A DNA stretch of 64,000 nt, from positions 24,800,001 to 24,864,000 of the forward strand of contig NC_042999.1 in the NCBI RefSeq assembly GCF_006345805.1, written 5' to 3'. This stretch comes from Octopus sinensis. Its lineage: Eukaryota. The position numbers were made by a program, and so were the translations under genes. Position 1 is the first letter of the stretch. Every line of letters starts with the position of its first letter. Shown piece by piece: positions 24,460-37,700 of the stretch. The notes under the pieces were generated by a model. It made no database searches. It saw nothing but the letters and a program-made list of their open reading frames with translations, and was not told the origin of the DNA.

Positions 24460-26045
24460 GGATCTTTTCTATTCTGAAGCCAGGACCACAGATCTTTCTA
24501 CTTAACTAAATAATCTGAAACTTCGTATGCTGACATACACAGGTTGGAACTAGTTTATTTGAGAAAAATCTATTTTATGACTTTAATCGTAGATTAAAAC
24601 TGCGAATTTTAACCAATCAGATTGTTTGTTTTCATGTGTAAAACTTGACTGCATTCTATTAGTGTGACGTAGAAAGCGCTTTTGTGACGTACTAACGTTC
24701 GGAAAACTGTAAACAAACACAGAACGTAACGGCAGACGAAATACGGCTACGCATTTCGCCCGGCGAGCTAACGTTTCTGCCAGCTCTTTGCTTTTTTAAT
24801 ATTAAATTTCGGCGAAGCTTCGCTTGTCGTAGCACAAGTTTTCCGTCGATTTCCGTAAAAAACTTTTATTTTTTTTACATAAGTAATGAGAGCGAAAGAG
24901 ACTAAGAGGAAGCGATTTTATGACGAGGGAAGTTTGTCTTTGAAGTTACCGTCTAGGGGAAGCATTGATGTACATGTGTGTGTGTGTGTGTTTGATGGGG
25001 TGTGGGAGACAGACAGTATGTTGTGTAAGTGAAGTGCTTCTGTTAGTGTGTGTGAAGAGACAGAGAGAGTAATGTGTGAAAGAGAGAGATAACTGATTTT
25101 TTACTCGGTGTATGTGTATATGTATGTATGCATGTATGTGTGTGTGTGTGTATGTATCTATGTATGTATGGCCGATTCATCGTAATTACGATGAATCTGC
25201 CATACATACATGCAGACATACATATACACATACACCGAGTAAAAAATTTCAGTTATCTCTCTCTTTCACACATTACTCTCTCTGTCTCTTCACACACACT
25301 AACAGAAGCACTTCACTTACACAACATACTGTCTGTCTCCCACACCCCATCAAACACACACACACACACATGTACATCAATGCTTCCCCTAGACGGTAAC
25401 TTCAAAGACAAACTTCCCTCGTCATAAAATCGCTTCCTCTTAGTCTCTTTCGCTCTCATTACTTATGTAAAAAAATAAAAGTTTTTTACGGAAATCGACG
25501 GAAAACTTGTGCTACGACATGCGAAACTTCGCCTAAATTTCTTGCCTTTTGCACAAATAAATACAATAAGTGAAATGAAACGCATTAGCTTAGAAACGAA
25601 TCTTGTTAGAAGCCTCGTCACTGAGATGCCACTTCTTAATAGCAAACGAAAGCAAGTACTAACAGAATGGAAACATTTTCAATTTAATACATGTGGCTTA
25701 TTAACTAGTTTTAAATATTGTTATTAGAAGGTGGCTGACTATAGGATCCTGGAAACATGAGTACGTTAAATAATTAGAAGGATACGCTTGTTTATATTTA
25801 AGATGTTTAATACGTCACGAAATTGGTGGTCGAGACGGAGTAAATAAAATAAAGCCGAATGACGGAATATCATTGGTTAAAATTCTAATTATTAAACAAC
25901 GTTAAACTTAGAAGTTACAATTCCGTTTTCATTCTGGTTTACAATTAAGTTTACTTTTGACACATTCTACCAGTATACGAAGTTTCAAATTGTTTGGTTC
26001 AGTAGGAAAAATTTGAAAAAACTGGCTTCAGAATAGAAAAGATCC
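24460..26045. mobile_element. Larger GGATC-TIR non-autonomous DNA transposon
   Basis: Perfect 24-bp TIR GGATCTTTTCTATTCTGAAGCCAG; 9-bp flanking duplication TTATATATA; subterminal blocks shared with the MITE family (CACATTCTACCAGTATACGAAG). Confidence 0.8.
24804..25540. repeat. 737-bp near-perfect palindrome (foldback) without a loop
   Basis: Centre GATTCATCGTAA|TTACGATGAATC at 25185/25186; arms differ mainly in microsatellite length and a few substitutions. Confidence 0.95.
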
Positions 26046-26144
26046 TTATATATATATATAATTATCATTTGAGGGAATAAAATCCAAACTTACAAGGAAA
26101 AAGAATTCAATTTAGAAATACTAAAACAAATTACACACAATATA

Positions 26145-26224
<80 letters not shown>

Positions 26225-26519
26225 TTATTTTTTCTATCAGTAATTAAAAATAGAACAAGGTGACTTGGTTGTTTGACCTCTGCTGACCCCAAGGGTGTGA
26301 GGCCACTTTTGTCTCCTTCACAGGAATGCCCATTGCTGATCTCTTCACCCTCTGAATCTATTTACAGAACTGTGGAATTTAATCTATTCACCAAGCTGTC
26401 TATTTCTATTCTACTATTTCCTTAAACACTCACATATTTATGATCATCTCAAGTACAAGACAAATGTTGAAACTAAACAACATTTAATAATAATGGAAAT
26501 GATAATAACGATGGTAATA

Positions 26520-26715
26520 ATGCCGGGCGAAATGTCTAGCGGTATTTCGTCTGCCGTTACGTTCTGAGTTCAAATTCCGCCGAGGTCGACTTTGCCTTTC
26601 ATCCTTTCAGGGTCGATAAATTAAGTACCAGTTACGCACTAGGGTCGATGTAATCCGTTTGTCTGTCCTTGTTTGTCCCCTCTGTGTTTAGCCCCTTGTG
26701 GGTAGTGAAGAAATA
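26520..26715 (+). mobile_element. SINE S2 (5'-truncated)
   Basis: Matches 14994-15224; other S2-type copies at 6749-6870, 24720-24786, 27320-27537, 48638-49100, 61590-61810. Confidence 0.8.
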
Positions 26716-26834
26716 AAAAAAATGATAATAATAATAATTTAGCTAAAACTCACGTTGGATCAGAGGAAATATTAATAATGACAAATAGTATGTAAAAATG
26801 AAAATAATAATATCAGTGATGATAATAATAAAAA

Positions 26835-27305
26835 TGAAAGGAAGCGGTTGGAATTTCCCTATGCTCTGATTGATGATGTATCTAGTGATGATGTCACAAT
26901 AAAAACACTGGGAATAAGAAACCAGACAGAGTGTTAATTGAGAAAGAAAGCAAACGATGTTGGATCATAGATATAGCATGCCCAGTTGACGACAAGGTAT
27001 GAGATAAGGAAGAAAGAAAAGTTGATAGATATGATAGGTTAGCTTGGGAGATTAAGCGGTTGTGGTTGATAAAAAAGCGGTAGTAGTACCAATAAATGTC
27101 AGAGACTTGGGAACAGTGAGTAAAATTCTCGAGAAGTACATGTAACAAATAGGGGCTGCAATAAGGGTGGAGAACTTGCAGAAAGCAGCATTGCTTGGAA
27201 CTTCTCAAATACTCCGGATGATACTTGAAAAAATAAAGGATGTTACCTTAGTTTACTGGTGGTGAACAGCTGGCACCATAGTACGATAGGAGCTGTGCAA
27301 AGACA
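26835..27305 (+). mobile_element. R4/Dong-type non-LTR retrotransposon 3' end (restriction-like endonuclease remnant)
   Basis: KKPDRVLIEKESKRCWIIDIACPVD...KVDRYDRLAWEIKRLW...LQKAALLGTSQILRMIL, followed by an AAT-rich tail. Confidence 0.75.
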
Positions 27306-27538
27306 ATGATAATAATATTGGTTTCAAATTTTATCACAAAGCCAACAATTTTAGCGGAAGGGCGAAGTGTGAGTTGATTACATCTACCCCAGTGCTTGAC
27401 TAATACTTATTTTATCGATCTCCAAAAGGATGACAGGCAAAGTCAACCTTGGCAGAATTTGAACTTTGAATGTAAAGATGGACAAAATGCTGCCAAGCCT
27501 TTTGCTCATGCTAATGATTCTGCCGGCTTCCTGCCTTA

Positions 27539-27587
<49 letters not shown>

Positions 27588-27589
<2 letters not shown>

Positions 27590-28143
27590 GCCCTGATGCA
27601 GTACCAGGCAGTGGCTCTCATGGCTTCTGATCTTAACTGATTGGAAGTGTTACCATGTACATTGTTTTGTTTTGGTTTAAAAGATGGGCCACAGCAAATA
27701 TTCTGTTCAATACCACAGATTTGCTTGTCAGTTGTTTGACCTTAACCAGTTGAGCATGTCCCTTAGTGGCTGACGATATGTGCATCTCTGATCACAAGCA
27801 GAAGTAGTGGGGGAGCATCATAGCCATGTGTTGAGAGGGATTCTTTGGGGTTTGAATAATTCACATCTGGAAACATGGGTGGTTCTTTCAACATCCTTAA
27901 ACAACCCTTATTCAGGGACCTTTTGAGCGGGATGGGCTACTCAACCTGAAGAAAATTCTAACTGGGCCCCACCTGCAAGGTCATGTGCTGTTTATTTTGA
28001 TATGAGATCACCATGTCGCGCACATATGGTTGTGATGCATGTGCCTAGTGTACCCTTATCAGACGGGTAGTCATGATGGGTATATTGGGCTTCGTATATT
28101 TTACCCCAGTGTCACTTTGATGGCATGCACTGCTCTCTCACTC
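27588..28143 (+). mobile_element. Non-coding retroelement 3' end embedded in (AAT)n
   Basis: (AAT)n on both sides; a shorter inverted copy at 37193-37530 shares the same terminus. Confidence 0.7.
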
Positions 28144-28717
28144 AATAATAATAATAAAAAGATTTTCTGATTTAGGTAGAAGATAACTTCAAAAGAATGG
28201 AAATCAAAGCTAAGCTTAGCAAGATTTGAACTGGGAATGTGAAGAACAGGAAGAAATAGTGCAAGGCATTTTTCTAAATAATAACAATTTTTCTCCCATA
28301 AGTATAATTGTCTTTAACAAAGAGATTTCAAGAAATATTTCTTTTCTTTCTTTTTTTGATATTTTTTTATCATCTAATCAATGCTAAAGACTTGCTGGAT
28401 ATATAGTGATGTTTTTTGACAGATTTAATAAATCAAAAACTTAGATTGATCTGTCTGTCCAGCTATCTTCCACTATTACAACCTGGCCAATAAACAATCG
28501 GTTCTTATTGGTTTTAATAACTCTTGGGCAAAAATACAAAGACTTTGGCACCAGAACTAGATTTATCTTCAGTGATTGTTTTTATTGACAATGACAGCAG
28601 ACAAGATGAGATTTACTAGTCTCTTTGTTTTTTTGTTGTTTTTCTTTTCTTTTTCTTTTTCTATTTTTTAGATTCAGTTTTTTTTTTTTGCATATGGATA
28701 ATCTATCTTCAGATAGT

Positions 28718-28960
<243 letters not shown>

Positions 28961-29044
28961 GGCACACATACACACACAGAATTTTACATAAATACATACA
29001 GTGAATTAATTTTTTTATTTGATGTCATATTTGTTTGTCTGCAG

Positions 29045-29211
29045 GTATCGAGATCAAATCCCACCATCTCCTATTGCTGTACATAGCAGGACTGTTTCAG
29101 TGGACCCTACTTGAATATTTGATACACCGCTGGCTTTTTCACTTACGTCCTGTTATCAATTCACCATTCTTCATTCGAATGCACTTCATCTTACACGGAC
29201 AACATCACAAG
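29045..29211 (+). CDS. FA2H: Fatty acid 2-hydroxylase, internal coding exon
   Basis: Acceptor TGCAG, donor GTAAAA; GIEIKSHH...WTLLEYLIHRWLFH...MHFILHGQHHK (His boxes 1-2); phase 1 to 0 fits both neighbours. Confidence 0.95.
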
Positions 29212-29597
29212 GTAAAAACTGACTTTTTAAGGAAACTTTTGTGTTTTTATGTATGGAAGACTTATTTCATCATCATCATCATTTAACATCTACTTTTCCA
29301 TGAGGAACATGTCTCTTATATGTCTGTGGAATACTCAGCCACCTACATACTAATATTATCTATGCTTGCATGGGTCAGCTGGAGTTTATTGAGGTAAATT
29401 TTCTATGACTGGATGCACTTCTTGCCACCAATATTCACCTGTTTCCAGGTAAGATATTTTCTGATGACCAGACATTTTCTGACGTTTTTGCAGAATATTG
29501 GAAATGAATGACACTGCTTGTATGACAGGGACACTCATTTACAATTATTACACAAAGTCAAGACAAGGAGGCACAAACATTCATACATACATACATA

Positions 29598-29923
29598 AAG
29601 GAGCACTCCGTTGGTTATGACGACGAGGGTCCCAGCTGATACGATCAATGGAACAGCTTGCTCGTGAAATTAACATGCAAGTGACTGAGCAATCCACAGA
29701 CACATGTATCTCTAACATAGTTGTCAAGGAGATTCAGCGTGACACAGAGTGTGACAAGGCCAGCCCTTTGAAATACAAGTACAACTCATTTTTGCCAGCT
29801 GAGTGGACTGGAGCAACATGAAGTAAAGTGTCTTGCTCAAGGACACAACACATCACTGGGAATCAAACTCAGGACTTTACAATCATGAGCCGAATGCTCT
29901 AACCACTTTGCCACGTGCCTTCA
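29598..29923 (-). mobile_element. tRNA-derived SINE family S3 in (CATA)n
   Basis: On the - strand: head GGCACGTGGCAAAGTGGTTAGAGC...GAGTTTGATTCCC, then GTGTCCTTGAGCAAGACACTT core-like block. Confidence 0.7.
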
Positions 29924-29943
29924 CACATACATACATACATACA

Positions 29944-29977
<34 letters not shown>

Positions 29978-30162
29978 CACATGCATGTGTCTGTGAGAGA
30001 GAGAAATTCAATAAATGACAAAGAAACAGGAAATTATGCAGTGAACTTCATTAGCTTATGTCTGTTTCTGCTACAAGATGCAGTGCACTCGGAGCTGACT
30101 GCTTGTGCATTACATTGTAACTTCCTCAGAGCTTCTAAAATGAAATGCACTTTATATATATA

Positions 30163-30888
30163 CAGGGTGATTGAAAAGTAACTCCCTATTTTAAAATACT
30201 TATAATTTATTTATTAACTATAATTTTTAGAAAAAACGAATATGTAAAGAAAGTGTATAGCATGGAATTTTATTTAAAATTTGATATAGGCATCAGCATT
30301 CACCAGCAGCTTCTCAAACCGCTCGGGAACCACATCAACTGATTTCATCAGGAAGTCTTGTGGAATGAAAGACATAGCTTCTCATATTCACCCTTCAAGT
30401 TCTTCCAAAGTCATTGGTTTGGTAGAGAAGACTTCCTCCTTTAATTAACCCCAAAGAAAACAGTCGCAGGGTGTTAAATCAGGGCTTCTGGCCAGCCAGT
30501 CATGCGGACCTTGATGAATTGGAAGGACGACCACTTCAAGTATCAGCTACAAATCCTGTAGTCATGAATTTTGCATGGCAATTCTTGATTATCTTTGCAT
30601 CAACTTAAGTATGTCTTCCTCTGATGGTCCTCCACCATCTTTGCCCTTGAACAACTTATCTCCAAACTTCGTAATGTGCAGCTAGCTGGGCACGCTCCTG
30701 CACAGTAAAACATCCAGCCATGTTTGTAGGGCTTCTAAATTTCAAACAAAATAATTAATCCGAAAAAAACAACATGGAATCAATTCCCATACATTAAAGA
30801 ACATGCACAACAAATTTGAGAAAAAAATTATTGTTAATAAATAAATTATAAGCATTTTAAAATAGGGAGTTACTTTCCAATCACTCTG
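30163..30888 (-). mobile_element. Tc1/mariner deletion derivative
   Basis: TA|CAG(G/A)GTGATTG(A/G)AAAGTAACTCCCTATTTTAAAAT ~55-bp TIRs; - strand remnant WLARSPDLTPCDCFLWG*LKEEVF. Confidence 0.88.
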
Positions 30889-31057
30889 TATATAAATATA
30901 TCATCATCATCATCATCGTTTAACGTCCGCTTTCCATGCTAGCATGGGTTGGACGGTTCAACTGGGGTCTGGGCAGTCAGAACTCTGCACCAGGCCCAGT
31001 CTGATCTGGCAGTGTTTCTACAGCTGGAAGCCCTTCCTAACGCCAACCACTCCGTGA

Positions 31058-31089
<32 letters not shown>

Positions 31090-32071
31090 ATATATTTCAA
31101 AGGTTGAATAGAACACAACAAAGGGAGAAATTTGACAAAAACATAATAGACAGAAAATCCGCAGCTGATTCCTCATCAGTCAGTGTCCAAGACATCCTCG
31201 TGGTTTCACACTATTAACATTGATATCACTCCATCTTAGCAGTATTTGTATTATTATTTTATTATTTTTTTTTTTGTATATGTACAACTGTTTTATTTTT
31301 TTAGCGTATCTTGTTTGTTTTTGTCCTTGTATACATTCGTCAGTTATTCCCAGAGGCTTCCTGTTCTGTTAAAAGTGCAAAACCACTAGTGTGTCTTGGA
31401 TACTGACTGATGGAGAATCAGCTGCGAATTTTCCATGTATTCTTTTTTTGTCTATTTTTCTGTTTGTTATGCTTTTGTTAATTTTCCATTTATGTTTTCA
31501 TCAAATTGCTCTCTTTGTTGTGTTCTATTCAACCCTTAGCATCTGCTAATACTTTGCATATAACACATCCTTGCATTGTTGTTTTTTCTTGATGTGTTTG
31601 TTCTTCATTTTTGGTGGGATTTACTATATATATATATATCATCATCATCATCATCATCGTCATCGTTTAACGTCTGCTTTCCATGCTAGCATGGGTTGGA
31701 CGGTTCAACTGGGGTCTGGGAAGCCCGAAGGCTGCACCAGGCCAGTCAGATCTGGCAGTGTTTCTACGACTGGATGCCCTTCCTAACGCCAACCACTCCG
31801 TGAGTGTAGTGGGTGCATTTTATGTGCCACCGACACAGGTACCAGGCGAGGCTGGCGAACGGCCACGCTCGGATGGTGCTTTTTACGTGCCACCGGCACG
31901 AGCCACGTTCGGATGGTTCTCTTATGTGCCACAACTACATTGGTACCACAACTACAAATTCCATTGATGTTGATCGATTTCAATTTATATCGATATAGAT
32001 CGATAATATTGTATACATCATTGAGGCAGTAAACTAGCAGAATCATTACTGTGCCAGGCAATATGCTTTTT

Positions 32072-32365
32072 GTGGAGGCACATGGCCTAGTGGTTTGAGC
32101 AATGGACTCGCGGTCGAGGGATTGTGGGTTCGAATCTCAGAGCGGGCGATGTGTGTGTTTATGAGCGAAACACCTAAGTTTCACGCAGCTCCGGCAGAAG
32201 GTAATGGCGAACTTCTGCTGACTCTTTCACCACAACTTTCTCTCACTCTTTCCTCCTGCATCTTCCAACTCACCTGCGATGGACCGGCGTCCTGTTCAGG
32301 TGGGGAACCTATACGCCAAGGAAACCGGCCCTTATAAGCCAGGTGTGGCTTGAGAAGGAACAAGC
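32072..32365 (+). mobile_element. tRNA-derived SINE family S4 (V-domain-like), nested in an S2 SINE
   Basis: TGGCCTAGTGG / GGTTCGAATC boxes, CCTGCGATGGACCGGCGTCC block; TSD CAATATGCTTT. Confidence 0.8.
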
Positions 32366-32679
32366 ACAATATGCTTTGTGGCATTTCGTTCTTCTTTACG
32401 TTTCTGAGTTCAAATTTTGCTGACGTCAATTTTGCCTTTCATCCTCACAATAAAATAAGTACCAGTCGAATGTTGGGGTTGATGTAATTGACTTACCCCT
32501 CTCCTAAAATTTCAGGCCTTGTGCCAAAATTTGAAATCAGTATTTATATGTCATTGTATGTGTGTGTGTGTGTGTAACAGTAATGTGCATATGTCATTAA
32601 TGTGTATATGGCTCTAATGTGTATGTGTCACTGATGCGTATATGTCAGTAATGTGTAGATGTCAGTTATGAGCATATGT

Positions 32680-32981
32680 TTTATTCCTTTTCGAGCCATG
32701 CCTGGTTCATAAGGGCCGGTTTCCCGGTTTCCTTGGTGTATAGGTTCCCCACCTGGATGGGACGCCGGTCCATCGCAGGTGAGCTGCAATATGTAGGAGG
32801 AAAGAATGAGAGAAAGTTGTGGTGAAAGAGTCAGCAGAAGTTCACCATTAACTTCTGCCAGAGCCGCGTGGAGCTTAGGTGTTTCGCTCATAAACACTCA
32901 CATTGCCTGGTCTGAGATTCGAACCCGCGATCCCTCGACTGTAAGTCTGCTGCTCCTAACCACTAGGCCATGTGCCTCCAC
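32680..32981 (-). mobile_element. SINE S4, second copy in opposite orientation
   Basis: Reverse complement of 32072-32365; TSD ATGA(G/A)CATATGTT. Confidence 0.8.
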
Positions 32982-33204
32982 ACATGAACATATGTTGGTA
33001 ACCAAACTCCAACTATTCAAACAGGTCATAACAAAGTTGTATGATGTTGGTAATACTAGTGGCAACTTGGAGTGGTGTTGGTGATAATAGTGCTGACATG
33101 ATGGTGATGATGGTGATGATGGTGACATTAGTAGCTGTAATTGTAGGGATCTTTTCTTTTTGGCTCACACTTTTTGAAATTTTAAAATTAAGTGAACATT
33201 TTCA

Positions 33205-33276
33205 AATATGGTATATCGATATAATATGGTATATCGATATAATATGGTATATCGATATAATATGGTATATCGATAT
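33205..33276. repeat. Perfect 18-bp tandem repeat x4 (AATATGGTATATCGATAT)
   Basis: Read directly. Confidence 0.95.
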
Positions 33277-33286
33277 AATTTTTCTC

Positions 33287-33719
33287 GGATCTTTTCGGTT
33301 TGAATGGCAGTTTTTAACATAATTTCTAGGTAACTAAAAAATTTTTAACTTTGTATACTGGTAGAATGTGTTTATAAAACATCTTTTTCTCTTGGCTTTA
33401 TTGAGAAAATTCTATGGTTTGTAAGATATTTGTTGTTTTTTTTCTTCAATTTCTGCAATTTCAACCAATCAGTGACGTCTATTGAGTTAAAAAGCATTCT
33501 GTGCCGTATAAATATGTCCCTCGTTTAAGAAACAGATTGGGTTTATTTACATTTGTGAAGAAAAAAAGATACCCTTCCCAACACCCCTAACCCTAACCCT
33601 AACTAACCCTAACCCTAAAATAGATTGAAATGCAATAGATCGATTCTAGGGTCATAATTATGGGTGACGCTTTCATATGACACCGCTAGAAAAAACTGCC
33701 TTTCAAACCGAAAAAATCC
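33287..33719. mobile_element. GGATC-TIR MITE (reverse orientation)
   Basis: Family TIRs, (CCCTAA)n tract, 11-bp flanking duplication TAATTTTTCTC. Confidence 0.85.
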
Positions 33720-34204
33720 TAATTTTTCTCTCTGAATCTGATGTTGTTATTCACTTGTTCCAGAAAAATTTAGAAAAATGTTACAAAGGCAGTGCTGCAG
33801 CATGGCCACAGCTTTCAAGCTAAAATTAGTAAAGAAAGATGGAGAGGTTTCAAGTTTAATTATTTTTGCCCAATCAGAAAACAAGATTTGGAAAGCTGGC
33901 ATTTTCTGCATGATAGCAGTCTATGACATGACAGCATTGGTCAAAACATTGACATTGATGATGATGGAAGTTTTAATAAGTTTTAATGAAGAAAGTCATG
34001 GGAAATGTTGGAACAGGCAAGTAAACAATATAAAAAGGGAAAAAAAATCTATAATGAGGTTATAGCACCATAGCAACGGATGGGTCAAGTACACGTGGTA
34101 GGGAAACAGACTATACCTTGCCTTGTTAACCTTGGAAACAGGCATTAATAAATCCTTAAATCCTTAAAAATGTTTTAGCCTGAAAGCCATGGCCATGCTG
34201 GGGC

Positions 34205-34579
34205 TTCTCGGTTTGAACGGCAGTTTTTCTAGCGGTGTCATATGAAATTGTCACCCATAATTATGACCCTAGAATCGATCGATTGCATTTCAATGTCTTT
34301 TAGGGTTAGGGGAAGGGTATCTTTTTTTCTTCACAAATGTAAATAAACCCAATCTTTTTCTTAAACGAGGGACATATTCATACGGCACAGAATGTTTTCA
34401 CCTCAATAGACGGTCATTGATTGGTTGAAATTGCCGAAATGCAAGAAATTAAAGACCAATCTCAATAAAGCCAAGAGAAAAAGATGTTTTATAAACACAT
34501 TCTACCAGTATACGAAGTTTAAAATTTTTTAGTTACCTAGAAATTATGTTAAAAACTGCCGTTCAAACCGAAATGATCC
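34205..34579. mobile_element. GGATC-TIR MITE with damaged left terminus
   Basis: Body matches 16138-16538; right TIR ends GATCC. Confidence 0.8.
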
Positions 34580-34772
34580 TTAATATGTTTGTGGCTTTTA
34601 ATTAGCTAAAATTACCTAAAATTTGCAAACTTTGAAAGTTATTAACTTTTTATTTATTAATCTATGGCAAAAATAGATTTCGTTTCCATAATAAGCATAC
34701 AAAAGTACATCAAAACACCTAAACTGGAACAAAATTGAAAACTTGAAAGTATCAACCAAACAGAAAAGATAT

Positions 34773-34809
34773 AGTGGTGGTGGTGGTGGTGGTGGTGGTG
34801 GTGGTGGTG

Positions 34810-34872
<63 letters not shown>

Positions 34873-34939
34873 ATTGTGGCATTAATGGAATATGGCATTA
34901 GTGATAATTGGTAATATGAGGGTGCTAATAGTGACAGTA

Positions 34940-34976
<37 letters not shown>

Positions 34977-34977
34977 C

Positions 34978-35009
<32 letters not shown>

Positions 35010-35030
35010 GAGGAGGAGGAGGAGGAGGAG
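34773..35030. repeat. Compound microsatellite (GGT)n/(AGT)n/(GGA)n
   Basis: Read directly; similar tracts at 36734-36898 and 37530-37700. Confidence 0.95.
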
Positions 35031-35355
35031 GACCAGCATCAGCAATGGTTGTGGTGTTAATGGGATGTGGCATTGGTGATAACAGTGATAGTGTGAGGGT
35101 GGTGATGGTAGTGGTGATGGTTGTAGCGTTAATGGGTGTGGTTGTGATGGTGGAGAAATGATTCTGATGATAGTGATGGCCATAGCTGTAATGATGTAAG
35201 AGTATTGGTAGTTATGTGATAATGGTAGTTGTGGTGGTCATGGTAGTAGTGGTTGAGATAACAGTGGTGTTAATGCAGTATAAATATTTTAGAGATTACC
35301 GAGTAGAAAATAAAACTTTTGAAACTGTTGGGATAGACAGGTAGACATGATGGTA

Positions 35356-35389
<34 letters not shown>

Positions 35390-36732
35390 CGGACAATGAT
35401 GATGAAGATGGACAATGATGATGATGATGATGAGGAGGAGAAGGAGGTAACAACAGTTGTAGTCACAATGATTGTGATGGTGCTGTTGTTGATGATGATG
35501 ATGACAATGATGATGATGAAAAGAAGGAGGAAAAAGATCTTTACTCTTTTACTCTTTTACTTGTTTCAGTCATTTGACTGTGGCCATGCTGGAGCACCGC
35601 CTTTAGTCAAGCAAATCGACCCCAGGACTTATTCTTTGTAAGCCTAGTACTTATTCTATCGGTCTCTTTTGCCGAACTGCTAAGTTACAGGGACCTAAAC
35701 ACACCAGCATCGGTTGTCAAGCGATGTTGGGGGGACAAACACAGACACACACACACACACACATATATATATACATATATATGACGGGCTTCTTTCAGTT
35801 TCCATCTACCAAATCCACTCACAAGGCTTTGGTTGGCCCGAGGCTATAACAGAAGACACTTGCCCAAGGTGCCACACAGTGGGACTGAACCTGGAACCAT
35901 GTGGTCGGTAAGCAAGCTACTTACCACACAGCCACTCCTACGCCTGTTCTTCTATCTTTAAAAGTTTATCTGTTCTTTTATCTTTAAAAATTGCTTTTGA
36001 AAAAATGTTTTTTTTTATATCTCCAAATGTCTTAAACTTTCTACTTTTATGACGTAATCAGTAACTCGGTCACCCAACACGTAATACCTATACATTGTTT
36101 TGGCGTTTATCATCTACATTTAAATCTTAATCAGTTGATTTATAAACTTGCTCCATACTCTCATGGTTTATTCTCACCCCAAGATCAATTTTGAAGCATG
36201 ATATTTCATAAGATTAAACATTTGTAGAAAAGCTTATCTACTGGGAGCTAAACGACTTGGAAATTATCTTGCAGAGATAAAACAGTATAGTTAAAATTTC
36301 AGGAAATAATTTTTAATATCTAATTTGAGATGATGGTATGGTGGATACTCTGTTATGTTATTGGTAACACCATCATTCAACAAGCAATAAATACCTGGCA
36401 TGGGTCCTGGTAGTTTGTCTGTTGTACATTCTCTGACTCAAATAGGTACTTTTAAAGTCTAATATCTTCATTTCCACCTCAACATATCTACTGGTGGTAA
36501 GAATCTACTTAGGATTTCCTGATAAGCAGTTCTACTAAACATCAGTTTTTACCAATGCCAAATTGCCACAGCTTTTTGGCCAACTTCCAGCACTTTCTCT
36601 AACAGCTGTACTATTCACCTACCACTAGACAGACAGACAGACAGGCAGGTAGGCTGGTTGGTTGGCTGGCTGGCTGGCTGGCTGGTTGGCTGGTTAGTGG
36701 CTTGCTTGTTTTATTCACAGCTGCACTTGATT

Positions 36733-36804
<72 letters not shown>

Positions 36805-36848
36805 ACCACCACCACCACCACCACCACCACCACCACCACCACCACTCT

Positions 36849-36899
<51 letters not shown>

Positions 36900-37146
36900 A
36901 AGAAATACAAAATTCTTCATTTAACATCACATTCTTCTGCATTCAGTTCAGTATTGTGGGGTGCTTCCATTGTCGTCACCACCACCACTTCCATTGCAAC
37001 ATGGGGGTGGTGACTGTGGTAGTGGTGGTGGTGGTGGTAGTAGTAGTAGTAGTGATGATGGTGATGGTTGTTTTGGTTGTTTTGGTAGAAGTGGCTGTAG
37101 TTGAGATGGTGATATCATAGCAATGATGATGATAGTATTATTATTA

Positions 37147-37192
<46 letters not shown>

Positions 37193-37193
<1 letters not shown>

Positions 37194-37529
37194 GAGTGAG
37201 CGAGCAGTGCATGCCATCAAAGTGACACTGGGGTAAAATATATGAAGCCCAATATACCCATCATGACTACCCATCTGATAAAGGTACACCAGGCACATGC
37301 ATCAGAACCATATGTGTGCGACATAGTGATCTCATATCAAGATAAACAGCACATGACCTTGCAGGTGGGGCCCAGTTAGAATTTTCTTCAGGTTGAGTAG
37401 CCCATCCCGCTCAAAAGGTCATGAATAAGGGTTGTTTAAGGATGTTGAACGAAGCACCCATGTTTCCAGAGGTGAATTATTCAAACCCCAAAGAATCCCT
37501 CTCAACACATGGCTATGAAGCTCCCCCAC

Positions 37530-37530
<1 letters not shown>
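37193..37530 (-). mobile_element. 5'-truncated copy of the (AAT)n-embedded retroelement
   Basis: Reverse complement of ~27806-28143; (ATT)n on both sides. Confidence 0.7.
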
Positions 37531-37564
<34 letters not shown>

Positions 37565-37577
37565 TTATTATTATTAT

Positions 37578-37643
<66 letters not shown>

Positions 37644-37658
37644 CAGCAGCAGCAGCAT

Positions 37659-37700
<42 letters not shown>

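Noticed and set aside
32628-32897. ORF containing HPGG, resembling the cytochrome-b5 heme motif
   Set aside because: It lies within an S4 SINE on the opposite strand, inside a downstream intron.
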